Source: an uncultured Staphylococcaceae bacterium (lineage in GTDB: Bacteria; Bacillota_I; Bacilli_A; RFN20; CAG-826). Taken from it: a stretch of 37,729 nt of DNA. The notes under the pieces were generated by a model. That model had not been told where the DNA came from, did no database searches, and saw nothing but the letters and a program-made list of their open reading frames with translations. The stretch is taken from the NCBI GenBank assembly GCA_964392865.1, contig CAYMRJ010000004.1, forward strand, positions 1-37,729, written 5' to 3'. Positions 14,232 through 22,546 of this stretch are shown piece by piece (the stretch's first letter is position 1; each line of letters starts with the position of its first letter). Both the position numbers and the translations under genes were made by a program.

Positions 14232-15692
14232 TTATTCGGAATCGGGTCTTTGAAGTTCGTCTTCAGGGACGATCTGCCATTCGCCGCCCATCCGCGGCCC
14301 GATGCGTTTGACGTTTGGAATCCTATCGAGAATCCTTTGAAGCGTGCGTCTCGAAACACCGAGTTCCCTGGCCATTTCCATTTGGGTGATTTTTGGGTTT
14401 CCGATGACAAGTCGGAGGACCTTATTTTCGTAAACTCGAAAATCCTCGTTGTCATCGGATGTTTCAATAAAGTTTTTAGCGCCAATTTTAGCGCCATTTT
14501 TAGCGCCATTTTTAGCGCCATTTTTAGCGCCATTTTTAGCGCCAATTATGGCGACATTTTTAGCACCGTCTTCGGCATCGTCCGCTTGGTCCGCGGCCAT
14601 CGAAGCGAGGACGCCCGAATCGAAGGGGATGCGGACGATGATGTAGTTTTCGCCGAACTCGAAGATGTCCTTCTTGTAATGCCTAAGGATTTCCGGCACG
14701 CCAAAGCCGACCTGTTCGACGAAATCCAGAGCCGAAAGGATCGCCATGAGTTCGGGATTGCGGGGCGTGCTGATGCCTTGGAAGAACATTTCCTCCGTCT
14801 CCCCTTCCGGAAGGCCTCCGCGGGAGATTATTTCGACGCGGTCGGAAAAGACATAGACGGCCGGCGGGGCGATCGACCAATCGTTATGGGCGACGGCGTT
14901 GACGAAGGCTTCGCGGAGGCTGCCCATGTCCATGAGCCTCCTATCGACCCGCCTGGCCCCGACAATCGTCGACTTGATGATGTTGATGGCCTCGAGCCGG
15001 TTGATGACCCGATCCATGGCGACCAAAAGGCACTGGTTGCCGTACTCGCTTTTCTCAAGCAAGGAGGACTTGTCCTTCCCTTGGAAGCGGGCGACCTTGA
15101 CGGAAACCATGTTTTCGTCGCTTAAAAGTTCGGCCAGGAAGTTGTACTTCCCTTCCGAAGTCCTAAGGCAGAGGTTGCTTTCGAAGCTTTCGTCGGAAAG
15201 GACGCGCTTCTTGGCGGCGTAATAGATCTTCAGCAGATTGAAGGAAAGATTGGCTTGGCGGCTCGGGGTTTCGACCATGCTGAGGGTCTTGGCGTATGTT
15301 TTGACGAAGCGCCTTTCGATTTCCGCTTCGCTCATCGGGACGGTCGATGTGCCATCGCGCAAGAAGCAGCCGGTCGCGCTTCTTCCCTCTTTCTTGACGT
15401 AATAGAGCTTATGGCCCTTGCCGACCTTCACGAAAACGATGTAGCGGTCCTCTTCCATGAGCGAGCCTATCTCGCAAAGGCCTTCGGTCGAGGGAAGGAT
15501 CTGGTCGCGGACGATGTCCCTGATGGTCCGCATCGTCTTATCGAGATCGTCGACCCCGAGGACTTCCCCGCCGTTACCGACCCCGACGTAGATGGTTCCG
15601 CCTTTGGTATTAAGGAAAGCCACGACTTCCTTGGCGAAGTCCTTGGTCAAAGAACGCTTCAGTTCGACGCTTTCGGATTCCTGGAATCGCAT
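14232..15692 (-). CDS. AlbA_2 (Schlafen-type) / HATPase_c_4 / C-terminal wHTH putative DNA-binding protein
   Basis: The N-terminus ESESVELKRSL...FLNTKGGTIYVGV fits the AlbA_2 pattern. The middle NAVAHNDWS....VYVFSDRVEIISRGGLPEG......GIS.PRNPELM fits the HATPase_c_4 pattern. The C-terminus KITQMEMARELGVSRRTLQRILDR is an HTH. A GAKN repeat linker lies between the last two. Confidence 0.75.
   Translation of the reverse strand: MRFQESESVELKRSLTKDFAKEVVAFLNTKGGTIYVGVGNGGEVLGVDDLDKTMRTIRDIVRDQILPSTEGLCEIGSLMEEDRYIVFVKVGKGHKLYYVKKEGRSATGCFLRDGTSTVPMSEAEIERRFVKTYAKTLSMVETPSRQANLSFNLLKIYYAAKKRVLSDESFESNLCLRTSEGKYNFLAELLSDENMVSVKVARFQGKDKSSLLEKSEYGNQCLLVAMDRVINRLEAINIIKSTIVGARRVDRRLMDMGSLREAFVNAVAHNDWSIAPPAVYVFSDRVEIISRGGLPEGETEEMFFQGISTPRNPELMAILSALDFVEQVGFGVPEILRHYKKDIFEFGENYIIVRIPFDSGVLASMAADQADDAEDGAKNVAIIGAKNGAKNGAKNGAKNGAKIGAKNFIETSDDNEDFRVYENKVLRLVIGNPKITQMEMARELGVSRRTLQRILDRIPNVKRIGPRMGGEWQIVPEDELQRPDSE
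14473..14568. repeat. 12-bp tandem repeat (8 units) inside the AlbA_2 gene, encoding (GAKN)n
   Basis: The unit tttttagcgcca occurs 6 times nearly perfectly, plus 2 degenerate units. It translates in frame on the minus strand as GAKNVAIIGAKNGAKNGAKNGAKNGAKIGAKN. Confidence 0.9.
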
Positions 15693-15753
15693 GGTTTCGG
15701 GGACTTATCCTTTCCAACCTGATTATAAACCGAAGGGGATATGGGCAGGTTTG

Positions 15754-16953
15754 CTAAAAGAGCAGAAAATCGAGGATATTGACCACTTTGATGCCGTTAT
15801 GGTTCGTGGCGCAGTTCTTGTCTAAGGATATGATCGTCTTTTCGTAATGGTCGTTGATCGAGGCCAGAGGCGAAAGTTCTTTTTCCAAAGCCTTCTTGGT
15901 GGAAACGGTTTCCGCCACTTGGTAGTAGCGGATCTCGTCCCCGCTGAGGGCAACGAAATCGACTTGCTTATCCCCGGCCTTGCCGACATAGACGTCATAC
16001 CCGCGCCTTAGCAATTCCAAATAGACGATGTTTTCGATGGCGCTCCCGGCGCTCTTTTCGGAATAAGGGCAGACGAGGTTCCTAAGGCCGGGATCGGCTA
16101 TGTAGTACTTTTCCAAAGACTTGAGGACCTGCTTGGCCTTTATGTCGTAGCGGTCGGCCCGATAGACGAGAAAAGAATTTTCGAGGGCCGCCAAAGCCTC
16201 GGCGACCGTCGCGGGCCGCAAAGGCTTTCCGAGCTTGGCTTCCCGGGCGATGGCTTTGGCGAGGCTATTGGCCGAAACGATCTCCCCGACGCTTTTGCAT
16301 AAAGCGGAAAAGACCCTTTTCAAAAGGACGGTGTCGCGGATAGAGCCGCGGGCCAAGGCGCCGTTAAGGAGAAGGGTATCGTAGAGGCTCCCAAGGAAAA
16401 TGCCTCTGGTCTCTTCGTCCAAACTTAGATCGAGGAACTGGGGGAATCCTCCGTATTTCAGATATTCTTCGAAGAGGTCTTCCCTGCTTTTGGGGCTTAA
16501 CCTGTAATGATGGCAATAATCCCCGAATGAGAAGGGCAGCATCCTGATTTCCGCGATTCGGTCCGAAAGCAAAAGGCGGCATCCCGGCGAAAACGGATTG
16601 GCCACGGAACTCGCCACGTAGATGTCGGCATCGCATTTCCGGGAAATGGCATCGATGGCCTCCTCCCACCCCTGGACCTGCTGGATTTCGTCGAAGAATA
16701 GATAGTTCTTCTCATCGGGAACGATCCTCCTTTCGGCCAACGAATGGAGCTGTCCGGAGGAGCGGACGGCATCGTATTCCATCGATGCCAGATCGAAATA
16801 GCGGATTTGGGCATTCGGTTCCGTAAGACCCAAAATGTCTATGAACTTTCTAAAGGCGGTCGACTTTCCGCAGTTCCTCGGCCCTGTAAGGACCTTGATC
16901 ATGCCGTTGTCTTCGGCTGCTCTCAGCCGCTCCAAATATTCGCTGTACGCCAT
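15754..16953 (-). CDS. AAA-family ATPase with DUF4143-type C-terminal domain
   Basis: Walker A is LTGPRNCGKST and Walker B is YLFFDEIQ. The size (about 400 aa) and the C-terminal part (IENIVYLELLRRGYDVYVGK...VDFV) are typical of AAA_14/DUF4143 proteins. Confidence 0.8.
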   Translation of the reverse strand: MAYSEYLERLRAAEDNGMIKVLTGPRNCGKSTAFRKFIDILGLTEPNAQIRYFDLASMEYDAVRSSGQLHSLAERRIVPDEKNYLFFDEIQQVQGWEEAIDAISRKCDADIYVASSVANPFSPGCRLLLSDRIAEIRMLPFSFGDYCHHYRLSPKSREDLFEEYLKYGGFPQFLDLSLDEETRGIFLGSLYDTLLLNGALARGSIRDTVLLKRVFSALCKSVGEIVSANSLAKAIAREAKLGKPLRPATVAEALAALENSFLVYRADRYDIKAKQVLKSLEKYYIADPGLRNLVCPYSEKSAGSAIENIVYLELLRRGYDVYVGKAGDKQVDFVALSGDEIRYYQVAETVSTKKALEKELSPLASINDHYEKTIISLDKNCATNHNGIKVVNILDFLLF

Positions 16954-17109
16954 GGTTTTTCCTCTGGAATCATTGTATCAGGGAAATGATCCCTTGATTG
17001 GTTTCTTACGTTTTTCCGGTTTTTATTTAGGTGGCTTAAGGTCTTTTTACGCTTTCTCGTATTTCCTTAAAGGAAGAAAAACAATCGATGTTGTCTATAT
17101 TTCGATGGG

Positions 17110-17178
17110 CGATTCCCGTATTTGTCCGTTTTCGATTCCCGCTTTTGTCTGAAATTCATTCCCTCTATTCAAAAAGTT
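17110..17178. repeat. Three-unit 23-bp tandem repeat
   Basis: The units are cgattcccgtatttgtccgtttt (17110-17132), cgattcccgcttttgtctgaaat (17133-17155) and a degenerate third, tcattccctctattcaaaaagtt. Confidence 0.7.
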
Positions 17179-17281
17179 GACAATATCCCACTCTCCCCAA
17201 TCTCGGCGTGTTTCTCTTTCCCGGTTGCTCGGTAATTCGTTTTTTTCTTTTCTTCGAATTCTATTTCCTTGATTGGTGAAG

Positions 17282-17443
17282 TTTCATCGGAAAGACGGAT
17301 AAAAATTCAACTGATGAAAACGTTCGAATTTATCTGGCTATTTTCATCGAATTATCTCATTCGGCGAAAAATTTTTATCTCATTCGGCGGAAATTTTTTA
17401 TCTCATTTGGCGACAGTTTTTAGAGTCAGGTGGCAGTAACCAC
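17282..17443. repeat. Intergenic tandem array with 23-bp period (3 near-identical core units, about 4 degenerate flanking units)
   Basis: The core units are ttatctcattcggcgaaaaattt (17352-17374), ttatctcattcggcggaaatttt (17375-17397) and ttatctcatttggcgacagtttt (17398-17420). The flanking 23-24-bp units share TTATCT or TTCATCG fragments. Confidence 0.85.
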
Positions 17444-17498
17444 TCCACTCAAATCATGTTTTGGAGAATAGTGGTTGCGCACCCGATTCCTTGGGAAA

Positions 17499-17526
17499 CA
17501 AAAGAAAAATCCCGATTCCTCGGGAT
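17499..17526 (-). terminator. Rho-independent terminator downstream of tRNA-Thr
   Basis: The minus strand reads atcccga-ggaa-tcgggat followed by ttttcttt. Confidence 0.75.
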
Positions 17527-17540
17527 CCGTTTCCTTTTGC

Positions 17541-17614
17541 TGGTGCCCCGCCGCAGAGTCGAACTACGAATTGATCCTTACCATGGATCCGTTATGCCGT
17601 TTAACTAGCGGGGC
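17541..17614 (-). tRNA. tRNA-Thr (anticodon GGT), CCA encoded
   Basis: I folded it by hand. The acceptor stem is GCCCCGC/GCGGGGC and the D stem is GTTA/TAAC. The anticodon stem GATCC/GGATC carries the loop AT-GGT-AA. The T arm is CGTAG-TTCGACT-CTGCG, with discriminator A and a 3' CCA. Confidence 0.9.
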
Positions 17615-17685
17615 CTAGGCGCCTCTTAGGCGCGTTTCAAATCTTATGGCAACCCCTTGCATGAATGCAAGGAAAAAGGGACAGG

Positions 17686-18861
17686 CTACGCCATCTCGAT
17701 GCGATAAGGCCAATCTTCGTCCCCGGTTTCTAATACCGAAGAGGACGAATCGATGTACCTCGAAGAGACGGAGTAGGCCGCTTCGGACATGTAGCCTTGG
17801 TAGATCGAGATGAGGTTATAAGAAGAATAGGAGGCATCCCCAAGCCGCCCTTCGTACATATCGAAGCTGCCGTTATAAGTAGGCATATAGACGCCGTTAT
17901 AGGTTCCGGCTTGGTTGCCGTTTATGGTGCCGCCCCTCATCTCGGCCGTGCCGGCCACATAGAGGGCTCCTCCATAACTGACGGCGTAATTGTCGATGAT
18001 CTCCCCGTCTTCGAGATCCAGGTCACCGTAGACATAAACACCGCCCGCGCTTTGGGAAGCATAGTTTTCGGCGATGGTACCCCCATTGATGGTGCCGCTT
18101 CCCCAAATATAGATGCCGCCGCCCCTATAAGCGGAATTGCCGATGACCGAGCCCCCATTCATGATGAGGGTGCCATCGACTGAGATTCCGCCTCCGTAAT
18201 TGCCATTCGTAGGAGCATTGCCGGCGACAGCGCCTTCTTCCAGTACGAAGGTAGCGCCGATATCGACGAAAACACCAACGGCATCGTAAGAGGAAATGAC
18301 GCCTCCGTCGATCTTGCCGGTGATTTCGGCCGACGCGTAAGCTTCGTTCCATTCTTCCGTCACGTTGTTGACACAGTAGCGCCCGTTTTCATCCTCGTAA
18401 AACTCAAAGCCGACTTCATCTTCGCTGTTGTCATAGATAGTCAGACAGCCGGATTTCACATTGATGACGTAAGAACCGCAGCCTTCTTTCAGATAAACCA
18501 TATGCCCATTGAGGTCCAGCCTTGCATATCCTTCGACGACGATCGGCTCACTCAGGAATAGGTTGCCGCTTCGGATGACGTAATCGATGACGCTGTCTTC
18601 ATCCTCTCCTCCGGCCAAAGCACCGCCCGTGAAATCCGGTTTGAGGACTTCCCTTTCGTCGGCCGGCTCGATGCTGTCGGGAGTACTCTCTTCGGGTTCC
18701 TCTTCCGAAGAAGTTTCCGAGGATTCCTCGCTATCGCTGGCGATGATTGTTTCTTCGGATTCGGTCGATTCTTCGATTGCGGCGGTTTCCCCGCAGGAAG
18801 AAAGGGCAAAAGCGGCCAGCAGGGCCGCTAGGAATCTTTTGCTTATGTTCTTGTTGGCCAT
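17686..18861 (-). CDS. Lipoprotein with parallel beta-helix (Pmp-like GGxI/GGAL) repeats
   Basis: The signal peptide is MANKNISKRFLAALLAAFALSS|CGE, followed by an acidic linker. Repeated GGGISVDG / GGGIYIWG / AGGVYVYG / YGGALYVAG segments are interleaved with NGG(S/T)I.(G/E)N. Confidence 0.75.
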   Translation of the reverse strand: MANKNISKRFLAALLAAFALSSCGETAAIEESTESEETIIASDSEESSETSSEEEPEESTPDSIEPADEREVLKPDFTGGALAGGEDEDSVIDYVIRSGNLFLSEPIVVEGYARLDLNGHMVYLKEGCGSYVINVKSGCLTIYDNSEDEVGFEFYEDENGRYCVNNVTEEWNEAYASAEITGKIDGGVISSYDAVGVFVDIGATFVLEEGAVAGNAPTNGNYGGGISVDGTLIMNGGSVIGNSAYRGGGIYIWGSGTINGGTIAENYASQSAGGVYVYGDLDLEDGEIIDNYAVSYGGALYVAGTAEMRGGTINGNQAGTYNGVYMPTYNGSFDMYEGRLGDASYSSYNLISIYQGYMSEAAYSVSSRYIDSSSSVLETGDEDWPYRIEMA

Positions 18862-18868
18862 GCCCGCT

Positions 18869-18896
18869 ATTATCCGGAAAGAGGGCTTGACGTCAA
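18869..18896 (-). promoter_or_regulatory. Sigma70-like promoter placed for a leaderless or near-leaderless transcript
   Basis: The minus strand reads TTGACG(18896-18891), a 16-nt spacer, then GATAAT(18874-18869). Only 7 nt (agcgggc) separate it from the ATG at 18861, and there is no SD sequence. Confidence 0.4.
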
Positions 18897-18912
18897 CGAA
18901 TGCTTTCTTTAT

Positions 18913-20199
18913 TCAAAGAGGCTTTGCGATAAGCCGATGGGGACCGGCTTTCTCGATTATCACTTTGACGATATCGCCTTCTTTTAAGCCATAAGCATCC
19001 TTAACCAGGATGTCCCCATCGATTTCGTCGGGGGCGTTCCAATCGCTTCTGATGAAGAGCTCGCCGGGATTGTTGCCTTTGGAGATGACGATGCCTTCCA
19101 TCGCCGTCCCGATCCTCTTTTGATTCAGTTCCAAAGATATCTCGCGGCCCTTCTCCATATAGAGATTCAGCCTTCTTAGCTTCTCCTCTTCCTCGAGATG
19201 GCCCTTCATCTTGGCGGCCGCGGTCCCTTCTTCCTTGGAATAGCTGAAGGCCCCGACATGGTCGAACCTGGCCTTCTCGAGGAAGTCCAAAGTCTCCTCG
19301 ACGTCTTCTTCCGTCTCGCCGGGGAATCCGGCGATGAGGGTGGTCCTGAAAGTGGCTTCCGGCATGGCATCCCTAAGGGAATGGATCAATCTCAGATTGC
19401 CTTCGACCGTGTCCTTCCTATTCATGAGTTTCAGGACATGTTCGCTTCCGGATTGGACAGGAATGTCGAAGTAATGAGCGATCGATTTGCTATTCTTGAC
19501 GAGACTGACGAACCTCTCATCAAGCTCGCTTGGATAAAGGTATAAAAGCCTGATTTTATAGAAGCCAAGGCTATCGAGTTCTTCCAATAAATCGCAGAAA
19601 TCGGGCTTCTTTGCGGGGAAATCGAGGCCATAAGCCGCGGGATCCTGCGAAATCACGGCGATTTCCTTCTTGCCGAGGGCCAAGAGCTTCTTGGCCTCTT
19701 CGATGACTTCGTCAAAGGGCCTGCTCTTGTAGCGGCCCCTGATATAGGGAATGGCGCAGAAGGCGCAGAAATGGTTGCAGCCTTCGCTGATCCGGAGATA
19801 CGCGAAATAGGGAGCGGTCGCATACTCCCTTCTAAGGGGATCGATGGGATTGATCTCCCCTTCCCCGGCGACGCTCAATAGCAGGCTATCGAGGTCCTTG
19901 TACTCGTCGATCGAGACGAAAAGGACATCGGGATATTTGTCTTTCAAGTCGTCCTTGTAGCGTTGACTCAAACACCCAGTAACAACGAGTTTGGCCTTCC
20001 TATAGCCCTTGAGCCTCTCCAAGGCCTCTAAGCTTTCGGTTCTGGCCGCTTCGATGAAGGCACAGGTATTGAGAATGATGATATCGGCCTCGCCTAAATC
20101 CTTGGTTATTTCATAGCCATGCTCAAACATGGCCAAGATCATCTCGCTATCGACGAGGTTCTTGGCGCACCCTAGGCTCACCAGGGCGACTTTCTTCAT
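18913..20199 (-). CDS. rimO: Ribosomal protein S12 methylthiotransferase RimO (radical SAM MTTase)
   Basis: The N-terminus is VSLGCAKNLVDSE. The radical-SAM motif is CNHFCAFC. A C-terminal TRAM-like domain is present, and the length is about 430 aa. Confidence 0.85.
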   Translation of the reverse strand: MKKVALVSLGCAKNLVDSEMILAMFEHGYEITKDLGEADIIILNTCAFIEAARTESLEALERLKGYRKAKLVVTGCLSQRYKDDLKDKYPDVLFVSIDEYKDLDSLLLSVAGEGEINPIDPLRREYATAPYFAYLRISEGCNHFCAFCAIPYIRGRYKSRPFDEVIEEAKKLLALGKKEIAVISQDPAAYGLDFPAKKPDFCDLLEELDSLGFYKIRLLYLYPSELDERFVSLVKNSKSIAHYFDIPVQSGSEHVLKLMNRKDTVEGNLRLIHSLRDAMPEATFRTTLIAGFPGETEEDVEETLDFLEKARFDHVGAFSYSKEEGTAAAKMKGHLEEEEKLRRLNLYMEKGREISLELNQKRIGTAMEGIVISKGNNPGELFIRSDWNAPDEIDGDILVKDAYGLKEGDIVKVIIEKAGPHRLIAKPL

Positions 20200-21674
20200 A
20201 GGCGCTTATGCTTCTTGAGAAGCGGGGCCGAGGCCTTGATGGCCTTAGCGACCTTTGCGAAATCCTTTTCGCGGTAGGTCCAGTTGATGCCATCGACGAC
20301 GCCCGGGACATTGAGGCGGGCGGCGTTATCGTGCTCCAAGAGATCGCTTAGGCTCACGATGGCCCACTTGGCTTTGAGGGACAGCAGGAACTCGATGAGC
20401 AAATGGGTAAGGCTTCCTTCGTAGCCTTCCTTCTTAAGGGTTTCTTCCCAGCGGGCCCTTTCTTCTTCGCCCATGGCGTCGAAGAAACCCTTGGCCGTTT
20501 CATTGTCGTGGGTCCCGATATAGGCCACCATGTTTTCCTTATCTTCCCATTTGCCGTCCTGATTGATGTAGGCCGGGAAATTGAATTCGAGGACATTCAT
20601 CCCGGGGAAATCGAACTCATCGCGGAGGACCAAAACCTCGGGACGGAGATCCCCGAGGTCCTCGGCGACGATACTGACATCCGGGTATTTCTCGATGAAC
20701 TGTTCGAAGAACTCTTCGCCCGGGGCTTCGAGCCACTCCCCTTCTACCGCGGTCGGGCAAGTGGCCGGGATCTTCCAATAGGTATCGAAGGCCCTAAAGT
20801 GATCGAGGCGGAGGATGTCGTAAAGCCTTCCGTTGCGGCTCAAGCGCTCGTTCAAAAAGGCAAAGCCCGTTTCCCTCATCTTCTCCCAATCGTAGATCGG
20901 GTTGCCCCACCTCTGGCCGGTGGCCGAGAAGTAATCGGGCGGAACGCCCGCGACGGATGTAGGCTGCTTGGTTTCGGGATCAAGGAGGAATAGGTCCGGG
21001 GCGCTATAGACGTCGCAGCTGTCATATCCCACGTAATAAGGGACGTCGCCCATGATGGCCACGCCCTTGCTCTTGGCATATTCGTGGAGTTCTTCGTACT
21101 GGGCGTAAAGGACCATCTGGAGCCAGGCTTCGAAGTAATAGTCCTTCCTGAAATCGCCTTGGGGCTCGGGTCTGGAGAGGCCTTCGGCCTTCTCTTCTTC
21201 GCTCCAGTATTGCCAGGAGATCATGTCGTGCTTGCGCTTATAGGCCATGAAGCGGGCATAGTCCTTGACGAAGGGATGAGAATCCATGAATTCGTCGACC
21301 TTGGCTAGGCCATGCTCTTCCGTGTCATTGCGGAACGCCCTTTTGAGATAGGGCATCTTGAAGAGGCGCAGTTCCTCGTAGGCGATGCGATCGCTATCCT
21401 TCATGTAATCGGGCGCCCTGGCGATGAGGCCTTGCTCATAGAGGGCGTCCAAATCGACGTAGAGCTCATCCATCGCATAGGAAGAAAAGGGCTGGTAGGG
21501 CGAGTGCCCGTAACCCAAAGGATTGAGGGGCAGGATCTGCCAGATCTTGTAGCCGGCCTTGCTTAGTTCATCGACGAACTTCCTCGCCGTCTTGTCGAAA
21601 GCCCCGACGCCATGGCGGCTCGGGAGCGAGGCGATGGGAAACAATATCCCGGCTGCGCGCTGCATCTTGTTCAT
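20196..21674 (-). CDS. malQ: 4-alpha-glucanotransferase (amylomaltase, GH77)
   Basis: The sequence GILFPIASLPSRHGVGAF....F.D.L..AGYKIWQILPLNP.......SPYQ..S and the length of about 490 aa fit the family. It overlaps rimO by 4 nt. Confidence 0.85.
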   Translation of the reverse strand: MNKMQRAAGILFPIASLPSRHGVGAFDKTARKFVDELSKAGYKIWQILPLNPLGYGHSPYQPFSSYAMDELYVDLDALYEQGLIARAPDYMKDSDRIAYEELRLFKMPYLKRAFRNDTEEHGLAKVDEFMDSHPFVKDYARFMAYKRKHDMISWQYWSEEEKAEGLSRPEPQGDFRKDYYFEAWLQMVLYAQYEELHEYAKSKGVAIMGDVPYYVGYDSCDVYSAPDLFLLDPETKQPTSVAGVPPDYFSATGQRWGNPIYDWEKMRETGFAFLNERLSRNGRLYDILRLDHFRAFDTYWKIPATCPTAVEGEWLEAPGEEFFEQFIEKYPDVSIVAEDLGDLRPEVLVLRDEFDFPGMNVLEFNFPAYINQDGKWEDKENMVAYIGTHDNETAKGFFDAMGEEERARWEETLKKEGYEGSLTHLLIEFLLSLKAKWAIVSLSDLLEHDNAARLNVPGVVDGINWTYREKDFAKVAKAIKASAPLLKKHKRL

Positions 21675-21676
21675 AT

Positions 21677-22546
21677 CTACCCTCCGGCTCTATGAGCCCG
21701 TCTTTCGAGTCGATGGACCGCCATCTTGGCTTTGATGCCTCTGAAGGAGGCCTTGACCGCCCGATGGTCGAAAATGGCGGCGATTCCGATGCCGATCCAA
21801 GGCGCGAATAGTATAAGCGGGACGATGGGCCAAATGGCAGGGACGAAATAGAGGACCCCGTCTATGTAGAAGTGGGGCAATAGCCAATATAGGAAGCCCA
21901 AGGCCCCGTCCATATTGCTGGCAAGCCCGTTGGACCAGGCCCCATTCCTATAATCGCGGCTCAATATGTCGAGCCACGTGGCGTTGGTGATGCCGCAGAG
22001 CTTAAGGCCCACTTCGTTGAGGGTAACGATGCCCATATGGAGCATGAAGAGGAAAGGAAGCGTCCAGCAATCCTTCACCTCTATCACGACGAACTTCTTG
22101 TCCAAAAGGATGAGCGGTATGGCCACGAGCGGGAAATGGCAGAGATAGAAGCGGAACATCTCGAGGAGATTCCCGACATTGCTTAGGTCGAGCCCTATTA
22201 GGCTCGTGGGCCAGACATAGACGAGGAAGCCGCTAAGTATCGAAATGGCGGCCACATAGGCCTTCAGCCATTTGGGACCCCACGTATAGACGAAGGGGGA
22301 AACCACGATGGTCACCGCGCAGAGGTTCTCGAGGCTCGAGTTGGTAAGGCTATAGGGAAAGTCCGCGAGGTAGTAGGGGTTGAGCATCTTCAGGAAGTGG
22401 AGGGCGAAGTTGGCCCAGACGAAAGCCATGCAGAAGACATGGGCTCCCCGGCTGCTCATGCGGCGCGAAAGGGCAAACAGAATGGCCGACCCCGCGATGA
22501 GCGAGGCGATCATCAGGAAGTAGAGGAAGTTGAACATCTGGATCAT
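21677..22546 (-). CDS. Multi-pass integral membrane protein, unknown function (possibly TIGR02206/YwaF-like)
   Basis: It has about 7-8 hydrophobic helices. The family guess comes from overall look only. Confidence 0.5.
   Translation of the reverse strand: MIQMFNFLYFLMIASLIAGSAILFALSRRMSSRGAHVFCMAFVWANFALHFLKMLNPYYLADFPYSLTNSSLENLCAVTIVVSPFVYTWGPKWLKAYVAAISILSGFLVYVWPTSLIGLDLSNVGNLLEMFRFYLCHFPLVAIPLILLDKKFVVIEVKDCWTLPFLFMLHMGIVTLNEVGLKLCGITNATWLDILSRDYRNGAWSNGLASNMDGALGFLYWLLPHFYIDGVLYFVPAIWPIVPLILFAPWIGIGIAAIFDHRAVKASFRGIKAKMAVHRLERRAHRAGG

Noticed and set aside
17438-17477. An imperfect inverted repeat, aaccact(cc)actc ... ttggag(aat)agtggtt, between the array and the tRNA terminator.
   Set aside because: The stem is short and mismatched with a large loop, and no flanking T-run follows. 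That is insufficient to call an sRNA, an att site or a terminator.
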